A DNA stretch of 32,000 nucleotides. Source: an uncultured Actinomycetes bacterium. GTDB lineage: Bacteria > Actinomycetota > Actinomycetes > S36-B12 > CAIYMF01. The notes under the pieces are model-generated. The model had not been told where the DNA came from. It searched no databases and saw only the letters and a list, made by a program, of their open reading frames with translations. The stretch's first letter is position 1, and every line of letters starts with the position of its first letter. Where the stretch lies: assembly GCA_963843975.1 (NCBI GenBank), contig CAWJMG010000003.1:2490001-2522000 (forward strand), read 5' to 3'. A program made the translations under genes and the position numbers. This document shows, one piece after another, positions 24,407-32,000 of this stretch.

Positions 24407-26875
24407 ATGTCCGGCACGACCGACGACGGTGGCGCGGCCGTCGCGCACCCATCCCGTGCAGCACGGCTCGACCCTCGCTCCTGGCGCCGCGGCACCGGCC
24501 AGCTCTGGTCCTCGGCTGCCGACGCACCGCTCGAGCGGCGCCCCACCGACGTCGTCCTCCTCGTCCTGACCGTCGGCGTCCTCGCCCTCCTCTCGATCCC
24601 CGCGCCCGGCCCCGGCGAGGTCGACAAGGCGTTCACGCAGCTGCTCGACGCGCTGCCGGGCCTGCTCGGCTGGTTCTGGGAGACGGGGTACGCGCTCGCC
24701 CTCGGGTGGGCCCTGCTGCTCGTCGTGCTCGCGGCGGTGACGCGCGCCCGCCGGCGGCTCCTGCTCATGCAGGTGATCGCCGCCGTGGTCGCCCTCGGCG
24801 TCGCCACGGCGCTCGCGTACGCCGAGGGCGGGAGCTGGAGCGGGGTCTGGGACGCGCTGACGACTCAGGACACCAGCCGCATCTACCCGGCCGTGCGGCT
24901 GTCGCTCGTGATCGCGCTCATCGCGGTCTCCTCCCCGCACGTCTCGCGGCCGTACCGGCGCCTGGGCTGGCTGCTGGCCTCGTTCGGCACGATCGCCGGC
25001 ATCGCGCTCGAGATCGACCTCCTCGTCGGAGCCGCGGCAGGCGTCGTGCTCGGCGTCGCTGCTGCCGCTGCGGTGCACGTGGCGTTCGGCTCCCCCGGCG
25101 GGCACGTCCCGCTCGACCTCGTCACCGAGGAGCTCGCCGACCTCGGCGTCCGCCTCAGCTCGCTCGAGCACGCGCCGTCGGACCCGCGCGGGGTCGCGAG
25201 CGCCGTCGGCACCGATGCCGACGGCCGCCGCCTCCTGGTGCGGATCTACGGACGCGACGCGTTCGAGGGTTCCCTCATCGCCTCCACGTGGTCGCGGATG
25301 CTCTACCGCGACGGCGCCCCTGCCACGTCTGTCGGTCGTCAGTCGCAGGTGGAGCACGAGGCGTTCCTGACGCTGCTCGCCGAGCGCGCAGGTGTGCCGG
25401 TGCAGCCGGTTCTCGCCGCCGGGACGGCGTGGGGCAAGGACGCGCTGCTGGTGCGTCGCGACGACGGCCGCGACCTCGCTGACATCCCGCGCGAGGAGAT
25501 CGGCGACGACGTCCTCTCCGCTCTCTGGTCGGCGCTCAGCAGCCTGCACTCTGCGGGGATCGCGCACGGTCAGGTGCGGCCGCACGCGCTCTCGGTGCGT
25601 GACGACGGCACGGTGGCGATCGGCGACCTCGCCTCGGGGACGACGTCGCCCGACGCCGACGACATCGTGGCCGACAACGCGCAGATGCTCGTGTGCACGG
25701 CGACGAGCACCGACATCGAGACGGCGGTGCGCGTGGCGCACGAGTCGCTCGGGCAGGACCCCCTCGTCGCTCTGATGCCGTTCCTTCAGCCGGCCGCGCT
25801 CGACAAGGAGACGCGTGCCGCGCTGAAGGCGGCGCCGTGGAAGATGGCCGAGCTTCGTGCGGCGGTGGCGGCGGCGACCGGTGTCGACGAGCCGCCGCTG
25901 GAGAAGCTGCAGCGCGTCACGATCGGCTCGATCTTCATGATCGCGGTGCTCGCCTTCGTGGCGTGGTCGGTGATCAGCGCCGTCGCCGGCATCGGGATCA
26001 GCACGCTGGTGGACGAGTTCAAGGGCGCGGAGTGGGGCTGGGTCGTCGCCGCGATCCTCATCGCGCCGTTCATCCAGGTGGGGCAGGCCATCGCGACGCT
26101 CGGCGCCTCGATGGCCAAGCTGCGCTTCCTGCCGGTTCTCGGCCTGCAGTACGCGATCAGCTTCCTCGGCCTCGCCGTCCCCGGGTCCGCCGCGAAGATC
26201 GCGCTCACGATCCGGCACCTGCAGCTCGTCGGCAGCAACCCGACCGCCGCCGTTGCGATCAGCGTCATCAACACGCTCGGCGGCCTGCTCGTGCAGGTCC
26301 TCGTCATCGTGCTGACGCTGCTCACCGGCCTCGTGGTGCTCACGCCGTCGTCGCCGTCGTCGGGCAGCACGAGCTCGGTCGGCGGGGCGCTGGCGAGCAT
26401 CGACTGGACGAGGGTCGCGCTCGTCGTCCTCATCCTGATCGCGCTCGCCGTGCTCCTCTACTTCGCGGTGCCGAAGGTACGCCGCTTCGTCCAGGACCGC
26501 GCCGCGGACAGCATCGAGGCGCTGAAGGTGCTGCGCTCGCCCACCAAGCTGCTGCTGATCCTCTTCGGCAGCGTGCTCTGGAACGTCATCGCGGCGATGG
26601 CTCTCGGGGCCTCGCTGCGCGCGTTCGGCCAGACCGCGACGTTCGCCGAGCTCATCCTCATCAACACGCTCGTGTCGCTGTTCGCGGGCCTCATGCCGAT
26701 CCCCGGCAACATCGGCGTCTCCGAGGCCGCGCTCACGGCCGGTCTCACGGCCGTCGGCGTACCTCAGTCCGCGGCGCTGTCGGCCGCGATCGTCTACCGG
26801 GTCGCGACGTTCTACGTGCCGCCGGCGTACGGCGCGGTGGCCCTCAAGAGCATGCGCAAGCGCGGCTACCTGTAG
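24407..26875 (+). CDS. Large membrane protein: N-terminal TM region, protein-kinase-like fold, and a C-terminal flippase-like (LPG-synthase TM / UPF0104) domain
   Basis: 822 aa. The middle reads ...LLVRIYGRDAFEGSLIA...VEHEAFLTLLAERAGVPV...LSSLHSAGIAHGQVRPHALSVRDDGTVAIGDL (kinase-like). The C-terminus has about 8 TM segments, with ...FLGLAVPGSAAKIAL... and ...LMPIPGNIGVSEAAL..., typical of TIGR00374/UPF0104. Confidence 0.7.
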   Translation: MSGTTDDGGAAVAHPSRAARLDPRSWRRGTGQLWSSAADAPLERRPTDVVLLVLTVGVLALLSIPAPGPGEVDKAFTQLLDALPGLLGWFWETGYALALGWALLLVVLAAVTRARRRLLLMQVIAAVVALGVATALAYAEGGSWSGVWDALTTQDTSRIYPAVRLSLVIALIAVSSPHVSRPYRRLGWLLASFGTIAGIALEIDLLVGAAAGVVLGVAAAAAVHVAFGSPGGHVPLDLVTEELADLGVRLSSLEHAPSDPRGVASAVGTDADGRRLLVRIYGRDAFEGSLIASTWSRMLYRDGAPATSVGRQSQVEHEAFLTLLAERAGVPVQPVLAAGTAWGKDALLVRRDDGRDLADIPREEIGDDVLSALWSALSSLHSAGIAHGQVRPHALSVRDDGTVAIGDLASGTTSPDADDIVADNAQMLVCTATSTDIETAVRVAHESLGQDPLVALMPFLQPAALDKETRAALKAAPWKMAELRAAVAAATGVDEPPLEKLQRVTIGSIFMIAVLAFVAWSVISAVAGIGISTLVDEFKGAEWGWVVAAILIAPFIQVGQAIATLGASMAKLRFLPVLGLQYAISFLGLAVPGSAAKIALTIRHLQLVGSNPTAAVAISVINTLGGLLVQVLVIVLTLLTGLVVLTPSSPSSGSTSSVGGALASIDWTRVALVVLILIALAVLLYFAVPKVRRFVQDRAADSIEALKVLRSPTKLLLILFGSVLWNVIAAMALGASLRAFGQTATFAELILINTLVSLFAGLMPIPGNIGVSEAALTAGLTAVGVPQSAALSAAIVYRVATFYVPPAYGAVALKSMRKRGYL

Positions 26876-26885
26876 CGGCGCAAGG

Positions 26886-26917
26886 CAGCGGCCCGTCCCC
26901 GGAGGGACGGGCCGCTG
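26886..26917. terminator. Bidirectional hairpin between convergent genes
   Basis: CAGCGGCCCGTCCCC-GGA-GGGACGGGCCGCTG: a 14-15-bp GC stem between the stops at 26875 (+) and 26963 (-). Confidence 0.65.
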
Positions 26918-26962
26918 TCGTACGCCGGTCAGCCACCGGCGCGCTCGGGTGGTGCTGCGGCG

Positions 26963-27610
26963 TCAGGCCTTGGGCAGGTCGAGCGGACGCAGGACGCGGT
27001 CGATGCCGTGCGCGATCTGCAGGTTGCCCTTGTTGATGTCGTAGGCGTCCCAGCGCACGCGGGCGTCGGTCGAGTCGGGGTCGAGGTCGCGCAGCTCGAT
27101 CTTGCGGTTCGGCACGATGTCGACCGTGAGCGTGCCGCCCTGCGCGGTGGTCAGCGCGGCGCCGTCGGCACCGAGCGCGGTCGCGCGGTCGATCGTGGCG
27201 CCGGCGACGACGTGGTAGAGCAGCACCGTCTCGACGGTGTCGATGCCGAAGCTCGCGACCGCGTTGAAGACGCCCTGCTCGCTGGTGACCCACGTGCCGG
27301 TGGTCGAGTAGACGAAGAGGCGGAAGGCCTGGTCGCGCGGGATGAAGGCGGTGACGGGCACGGTGCCGTCGGTGAGGACCTTCACCGGGGAGTTCGGCTT
27401 GGCGCCGAGGACCGCGAGCGCGGCCTGGGTGACGATGTCGAAGTCGTTGGAGTTGGTGTCGAAGGTGTCGCCGTCCGACAGGAGGACCGCGGCGAGGGAG
27501 TTGGTGCCGGGGGCCGGCGTGGAGGCGTTGGCGGCCGGGGCGGCTGCGACGGCGCCCGTCGCGACGGCGGCTGCGGCGACGAACGAGGCAGTGGTACGGC
27601 GAAGGCGCAC
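26963..27610 (-). CDS. Secreted fasciclin (FAS1) domain protein
   Basis: RBS GGGAGA then GTG at 27610. Signal VRLRRTTASFVAAAAVATGAVAAAPAANA. FAS1 body ...DFDIVTQAALAVLG...LTDGTVPVTAFIPRDQAF...VLLYHVVAG...LQIAHGIDRVLRPLDL. Confidence 0.8.
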   Translation of the reverse strand: MRLRRTTASFVAAAAVATGAVAAAPAANASTPAPGTNSLAAVLLSDGDTFDTNSNDFDIVTQAALAVLGAKPNSPVKVLTDGTVPVTAFIPRDQAFRLFVYSTTGTWVTSEQGVFNAVASFGIDTVETVLLYHVVAGATIDRATALGADGAALTTAQGGTLTVDIVPNRKIELRDLDPDSTDARVRWDAYDINKGNLQIAHGIDRVLRPLDLPKA

Positions 27611-27806
27611 GGGGTCTCCCGGGGCTGTGCGGGCCCGGCTGTTCCGGGCGTCGACAGCACTTCCGCTCCCGCCACCCGGGTGGATGCAGACCGGACCACA
27701 TCCACCCCGACTTTCGACGGAGCGTGTCGACGCCGTCACGCCCTGGTGGATTTCTGCTGCTCCCCGTGCGTCGGCTACGATCTCCGGGCTGCCCACGGGT
27801 GGCGGA

Positions 27807-27880
27807 GGCCAGGTAGCTCAGTTGGTACGAGCGTCCGACTGAAAATCGGAAGGTCGGCGGTTCGACCCCGCCCCTGGCCA
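27807..27880 (+). tRNA. tRNA-Phe (anticodon GAA)
   Basis: GGCCAGGTAGCTCAGTTGGTACGAGCGTCCGACTGAAAATCGGAAGGTCGGCGGTTCGACCCCGCCCCTGGCCA. The anticodon loop is CTGAAAA, and no CCA is encoded. Confidence 0.9.
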
Positions 27881-27915
27881 CAGCATCACCGCAGGTCACA
27901 GGCCTGTTGGACGTC

Positions 27916-27946
27916 GAGAGGCCCGGGTCCATGACCCGGGCCTCTC
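27916..27946. terminator. Hairpin between tRNA-Phe and the integrase 3' end
   Basis: GAGAGGCCCGGGT-CCATG-ACCCGGGCCTCTC: a 13-bp perfect stem, 9 nt beyond the integrase stop. Confidence 0.6.
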
Positions 27947-27954
27947 ACAATCTC

Positions 27955-29127
27955 TCACAACGACCTCCGCGAACCCGATGCCCGGCGAAGCATCCGGTCG
28001 AGCGTGGCCATCGCGTCGACGGCTTCACCGTGCTGGGTGTGGGCGTAGATCCGCTGAGTGATGACGGGGTCGTGCCCATGAATGCTTGCGACGACATGCA
28101 CGGGAATCCCTGCGCCGAGCAACAAGGTAACGCTGGTGTGGCGCAGGTCGTGGAGCCGGACACGGCGCAGACCGGCCGCGGCGGCCACCCGGTGGAAGAC
28201 GTTGGTATACGTCTCTGGGCGCGGTGGTCGACCCGACGCGTCGGCGCACACGAACCCGTCGTCGACGTACGCCTCGCCGAGATCCCGGCGGCTGTCCGCC
28301 TGGAAGCGCTTCGTCGCACGAAGTGCGTCTGCGGCGAACGGGCCGAGGGGCACGACGCGCCGCGACCGTACCGACTTCGGCTCGCCCTCCGACACGCCGC
28401 CGCCGTCGTGCCCCAGCTGGACTCGGGAGCGTCGAACGACGACGAGGGGCTGAGCGCCATCGAGCTCGACGTCTGACCAGCGCAGACCCAGGACCTCTCC
28501 ACGCCTGAGCCCGGAGAGGCTGAGCGCGAACGGCCCTGCCCATTCGTGATCCGCTGTCGCACGCAGGAAGGCGGCGGCCTCGTCCTGCGTCCAGGAGTTC
28601 ATCTCTTGCGTTGGCTGCGGCAACAGGTCGACCAACTGCACTGGGTTTCGCACCAACAAGCCTTCGCGAACGGCAGCCTGGAAGACCTGCCTCAGGACCC
28701 CGAGCGTCAGGTTGACCGAGCGCGCGGCGAGCGGCCTAGGGCCGGCGCGCATCGTGTTGATCAGCGCGACAAGGTCGGACTTGGAGACGTGGTCGAGCCG
28801 CCGATGGCCAAACTGCTCGAAGGCGCGGTTCAGAGCGACCCGGTACCCCTCGAGCGTCTTGGGACGTACCGCATGGCGCCGGGACTCCAGCCACACCTGT
28901 GCGTACTCCTGCAGCGTCGCATCAACGTGACCCACGTACGTACCTGAATTGACCGCGACCCTGGTCGAGGCGACGAAGGCGCGCGCCTCCTTCAGCGTGT
29001 CGAAGGTCCGCGTTGCCTGGCGACGTCGTCCGTCGCGAGCCGTGCCAGCATCGACGACGCAGCGCCAGCGGGCAGAGCCGTCACTCAGGACGACCTTCCT
29101 GATGGGCTCGCGACCCGCGCGGCTCAC
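27955..29127 (-). CDS. int: Tyrosine recombinase / phage-type integrase adjacent to tRNA-Phe
   Basis: ...SARWRCVVDAGTARDGRRRQATRTFDTLKEARAFV (Arm/SAM-like N-terminus)...GLRRGEVLGLRWSDVEL...RLHDLRHTSVTLLLGAGIPVHVVASIHGHDPVITQRIYAH (R..HxxR..Y catalytic signature). The start is uncertain: GTG at 29127 was chosen, but the ORF is open to 29526. Confidence 0.85.
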   Translation of the reverse strand: MSRAGREPIRKVVLSDGSARWRCVVDAGTARDGRRRQATRTFDTLKEARAFVASTRVAVNSGTYVGHVDATLQEYAQVWLESRRHAVRPKTLEGYRVALNRAFEQFGHRRLDHVSKSDLVALINTMRAGPRPLAARSVNLTLGVLRQVFQAAVREGLLVRNPVQLVDLLPQPTQEMNSWTQDEAAAFLRATADHEWAGPFALSLSGLRRGEVLGLRWSDVELDGAQPLVVVRRSRVQLGHDGGGVSEGEPKSVRSRRVVPLGPFAADALRATKRFQADSRRDLGEAYVDDGFVCADASGRPPRPETYTNVFHRVAAAAGLRRVRLHDLRHTSVTLLLGAGIPVHVVASIHGHDPVITQRIYAHTQHGEAVDAMATLDRMLRRASGSRRSL

Positions 29128-29613
29128 GTACAGCCCCTGGACTCCGGCACAGCGATGAGTCTTGGGCCGCGAGAGGCAAGGCGCGGGCACGAGCCCGCCG
29201 GCCCTGTGGACGACACGCCTGGTGGTACAGCACAACTGCTGTACATGCCGCTCCGGCGGCCAAATTGCGTTGACGGGCAATCCACATCTCATGATGTGCG
29301 GCACGGCTGCTCGAGACGCCGAGACGAGACGCCACCGACGCTTCGACCGACCCCTTGCGAGAGCGTCGCAGGCAGGCGTGACGCTCGGAGACACCTGCCA
29401 GATCACCATGGTACGAGCACAAATGGGCCGTTCCGTGTCAGCCTGTGATCGTTGCTCGGGGACGAGAAGGGGACGAGCAAACGCGGGTCGGCGCCACCGG
29501 CGCCCCTGCCGATCGAAGGTGGCCACTCGCCTCTAGCGGTACGACTCCGGCTGCAGCGCGGTGACGGATTGTGGGGCTTAGTCTCCCGTGCCGCTCCGGG
29601 GCGCGATCAGCAG

Positions 29614-30342
29614 CTAGCGACGAGGCGCACTGACAGGGACGGAATCCGGGTGCTCGTGCCGAATCTGTGTCACTAGGAGGCTCGCCAGTCCCAGGACCCC
29701 CAGCGCATAGAGCCGCAGGTCGCCCCGATCCTGGATGTTGTGCCTGTCAACGTTGCCAAGCGCGGCAGTGAAGCCCACGGCGAGGTTTCGCCATCCAGTG
29801 GTCTCGTTGGCTTGAGAGCCCAGCCTCAACGGTCCGCCGTCGGCGAATGCCTGCGCGAAGAGTGGCTGGCCGAACATCTTGTTGCCCTTGTCGTCGAGTG
29901 GATTGCCTGACCATCTACGCACCTTGTCCTCCACGAACGTCGCGGCCGCGCTCGCGACCTGTTCCCACCGCCCCTCGTCGACACTGTGTCGGACGTGTAG
30001 CCAGAGCTCGGTGTCGAATGCCGTTGCATCGACGTCGTCCTCCGCGAGGAGACCGAGTTCGAAGATGGCGGCATCGATCAGTGCCACGGCGTCTCGAACG
30101 CGAGCGGCGAAGAACCTCGCATCACGCTCGGCCGCTGCGGGTGCGCCAGACGAGAATCCGACGCCATAGCGCAGGCTTGAGAACTTGGACAGGGTGTCAG
30201 AGTGCGACGGGAGCGCGGCGGACATCACTGCTGTCACCGACGCCTTCCACCGCTTATGTTCAGGCGTACTGCGCTGAACCTCGGGCTGATCGGCCTCCGC
30301 CTTCAATGTTTGTAGCTCGCTGATGGCGCGGTCAGGCTTCAT
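29614..30342 (-). CDS. Hypothetical protein with a C-terminal TIGR02391 (Hypoth_Ymh)-like domain
   Basis: 242 aa from ATG at 30342: MKPDRAISELQTLKAEADQPEVQ... The C-terminal half reads ...LWLHVRHSVDEGRWEQVASAAATFVEDKVRRWSG...GQPLFAQAF...TGWRNLAVGFTAALGNVDRHN..., which resembles the Ymh family as I remember it. GC is visibly lower than in core genes. Confidence 0.5.
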   Translation of the reverse strand: MKPDRAISELQTLKAEADQPEVQRSTPEHKRWKASVTAVMSAALPSHSDTLSKFSSLRYGVGFSSGAPAAAERDARFFAARVRDAVALIDAAIFELGLLAEDDVDATAFDTELWLHVRHSVDEGRWEQVASAAATFVEDKVRRWSGNPLDDKGNKMFGQPLFAQAFADGGPLRLGSQANETTGWRNLAVGFTAALGNVDRHNIQDRGDLRLYALGVLGLASLLVTQIRHEHPDSVPVSAPRR

Positions 30343-30446
30343 GGCTTCGACAGTAGCGGGCACTCCCGACACACCTGTCCAGGCTGTCGACCGCGAGCCG
30401 CGACCCCTGCTCTGGGCTACCACCTGCAGCCCCAGGGCTACACAGA

Positions 30447-30495
30447 TCAACTTCCCAAGCTGACAGTGCGGGTTCGATTCCCGTCACCCGCTCCA
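30447..30495 (+). other. Orphan 3' fragment of a tRNA-Gly (anticodon arm through CCA); att-like scar
   Basis: TCAAC-TTCCCAA-GCTGA-CAGT-GCGGGTTCGATTCCCGT-CACCCGC-T-CCA: anticodon loop (CCC), 4-nt variable loop, T-arm, 3' acceptor strand, U discriminator, CCA. There is no matching 5' acceptor (GCGGGTG) or D-arm upstream. Confidence 0.7.
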
Positions 30496-30899
30496 TTGTG
30501 ATGTCCCAGGACATCGGAATGGCCCGAACCCACGGGAACGTGGGCCGGCTGGACGGCCTAGGCGGAGGAAGCCGCGCCAAGGTGGTCACCGGGGGCGCCA
30601 TCGCCGTCGTCGCCACCTGGTCCGGATCCGCCTTGCGTTTACATGGGTCCGAGTCCCGGTGTGGTGCCGTGCAGCGTCGAGCATGTCGGCCGGCACCTGT
30701 TGGCCGACGAACTCGCCCACGACGGGCCGGCCACGGTTCGCGACGTCGTGGGATCCCGTCCTCGGCGGACGACGCCGACAAAGCGACTGACCAGCAGCAA
30801 CGTGCGCGTCCGCAGGCCCGGCCCAGCCGACACTGCGTCAAGCGCATTCCTTGCTGATCGAGCGTCGCCTAGCGGGTCCGGGACTGTCTCTGGAAGGTC

Positions 30900-31388
30900 C
30901 TATGCCCCGTCTCCGCGCCTGGCCGCTCTCAGCAGCCGCCTGCTGTGGCGCACAGTCCGGGGTGCGCTGGAGCCGAGGCGGAGGGTACGGCGCGCCGGAC
31001 CCGCGGCCTGGGACACGTGCAGCGCGCGGCGCATCTCGGAGAGCGCACGCAGCATCGCTTCTTCTCGCTGTTCTTCCAACGCGTCTCGAGGCGCCTCGGC
31101 ATCGCGAACGAACAAGGATGCCAAGGCTGCGCTGACCATGGCGAGAAGGAGAAAGCCCATGACCATCAACAGGATCGAGAGGGCCTGGCCAGCGTACGTC
31201 GTCGGGGGTTCGCCGACGAAGCCGACCGTCGTCACGAGGCTGATCGCCCACCAGATCCCCGCCCAGGGCGACTCCACCGTATCGGTCTCGATGGCGGCGG
31301 CGGCCCCGGCGGCGACCAGGGTAACCAGCGCACTGACGAGTACGAACGGAAGCACCCAGGCGCGTCGTACACGCCACTGAAAGGTCAT
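30900..31388 (-). CDS. Small two-TM potassium-channel-like protein with an atypical pore signature
   Basis: MTFQWRVRRAWVLPFVLVSALVTLVAAGAAAAIE (TM1)...SPWAGIWWAISLVTTVGFVGEPPTT (pore helix/filter)...GQALSILLMVMGFLLLAMVSAALASLF (TM2). ATG at 31388. The C-terminal tail is Arg-rich, so the 3' end is less certain. Confidence 0.55.
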   Translation of the reverse strand: MTFQWRVRRAWVLPFVLVSALVTLVAAGAAAAIETDTVESPWAGIWWAISLVTTVGFVGEPPTTYAGQALSILLMVMGFLLLAMVSAALASLFVRDAEAPRDALEEQREEAMLRALSEMRRALHVSQAAGPARRTLRLGSSAPRTVRHSRRLLRAARRGDGA

Positions 31389-31545
31389 GCGCGCGAGCCT
31401 AGGGCAGCTCTGCGACTCGCACGGACGACGCTCTGCGTCTCCCGTGCGACGTCGACGCCAGGCGGCAACCGCCGGGTGACCGTCGCCTGAGAAGCGCACC
31501 ACGCTCTCAACGATCTCTCAGGCGCGGGTCCCTAACGTCCCTGAC

Positions 31546-32000
31546 ATGGCTGACATCGCGATCCGCACCCAGGGGCTGAGCAAGTCCTACGGCGACACTC
31601 TCGCCCTCCGAGACCTAGACCTCTCGATCCCCACCGGCGAGGTGTTCGGGCTCCTCGGCCACAACGGCGCCGGCAAGACCACAACCGTGAACCTGCTGAC
31701 CACGTTGCTCCAACCCACCTCCGGTGTCATCGAGGTGGCGGGAGCCGACGCGTCCCTCCACCCGGACGACGTTCGGCGGATGATCGGCTACCTGCCCGAG
31801 AACGTGCAGTTCTACGACAACCTCACCACCATGGAGAACCTCCGGTTCTTCGGACGGCTGTCCGGGCTGTCCAAGCCCGATGCGCGCATCCGTGAGGTCC
31901 TCTCCTACCTGGACTTCTCCGACCACGACAACGATCGACTCGGGTCCTTCAGCAAGGGCATGCGACAGCGAGTGGGGATCGCCCAGGCGATCCTGCACGA
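31546..32000 (+). CDS. ABC transporter ATP-binding protein (5' part; continues beyond the window)
   Basis: MADIAIRTQGLSKSYGDTLALRDLDLSIPTGEVFGLLGHNGAGKTTTVNLL (Walker A)...MIGYLPENVQFYDNLT (Q-loop)...LGSFSKGMRQRVGIAQAILH (signature motif). Confidence 0.85.
   Translation, partial: MADIAIRTQGLSKSYGDTLALRDLDLSIPTGEVFGLLGHNGAGKTTTVNLLTTLLQPTSGVIEVAGADASLHPDDVRRMIGYLPENVQFYDNLTTMENLRFFGRLSGLSKPDARIREVLSYLDFSDHDNDRLGSFSKGMRQRVGIAQAILH

Noticed and set aside
27943-27962. CTCTCACAATCTCTCA near the integrase end resembles CTCTCAACGATCTCTCA at 31503-31519; considered as possible islet boundary direct repeats.
   Set aside because: The match is short, gapped and of low complexity. It does not overlap the tRNA-Phe 3' end, where an att core would be expected. 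It is compatible with chance.
29128-29613. Search for an excisionase/HTH gene or other small CDS between the integrase and the Ymh-like gene (ORFs 29081-29422(-), 29155-29448(+), 29162-29536(+)).
   Set aside because: None of the translations shows an HTH or Xis-like pattern, and all are Arg/Cys-rich and overlapping. A 7-bp inverted repeat (GTACAGC-N6-GCTGTAC, about 29226-29245) is present but is too short to interpret.
30498-30899. ORFs 30498-30857(+) and 30643-31380(+) to the right of the tRNA-Gly fragment as possible cargo genes.
   Set aside because: There is no recognisable domain. The second overlaps, on the opposite strand, the better-supported K+-channel-like gene. The region may hold degraded remnants, but nothing can be supported from sequence alone.
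1-32000. CRISPR arrays, rRNA genes, tmRNA, RNase P RNA and SRP RNA.
   Set aside because: No regularly spaced direct repeats with unique spacers were seen. None of the conserved rRNA, tmRNA (tag ORF / tRNA-like end), RNase P (GAGGAAAGUCCGGGC) or SRP (GGAAGCAGCC-type) signatures was seen on either strand.

Overview
This is a very high-GC chromosomal segment that looks actinobacterial (Micrococcales/Cellulomonas-like is a guess from codon style). It is mostly housekeeping and envelope genes.

Gene content, left to right:
- 3' end of a Pro/Thr-rich anchored protein.
- GAP-family (DUF2910) membrane protein.
- Intact IS481-family insertion sequence.
- Secreted DUF839/PhoX-like protein.
- Glutaminase fused to STAS and cNMP-binding domains.
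- Small acidic secreted protein.
- Pro-rich repeat protein.
- PiT phosphate transporter with PHO-box-like repeats upstream.
- NCS2 nucleobase permease.
- About 640 bp of structured non-coding DNA.
- Alpha/beta hydrolase.
- GT2 (Ppm-like) / GT39 (Pmt-like) glycosylation pair.
- PAS-GGDEF-EAL protein.
- Small metallopeptidase.
- tRNA-Glu and tRNA-Asp.
- xylB-xylA, divergent from a ROK regulator.
- Kinase-like/flippase-like membrane protein.
- Fasciclin protein.
- tRNA-Phe, followed by a visibly lower-GC islet: tyrosine integrase, a TIGR02391-like gene, an orphan tRNA-Gly 3' fragment and a 2-TM K+-channel-like gene.
- 5' end of an ABC ATPase.

Most unusual observation: four genes are broken by five +1 frameshifts. 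Each of the five is a single-base duplication inside what would otherwise be the palindrome GAGCTC.

Other second-look items:
- A dispersed long-hairpin repeat, present in 2 copies.
- A tandem-hairpin / DnaA-box-like non-coding region.
- The tRNA-Phe islet and its mismatched tRNA-Gly scar.

No CRISPR array or rRNA was seen. All calls come from reading the sequence and translations by eye; no database search was possible.
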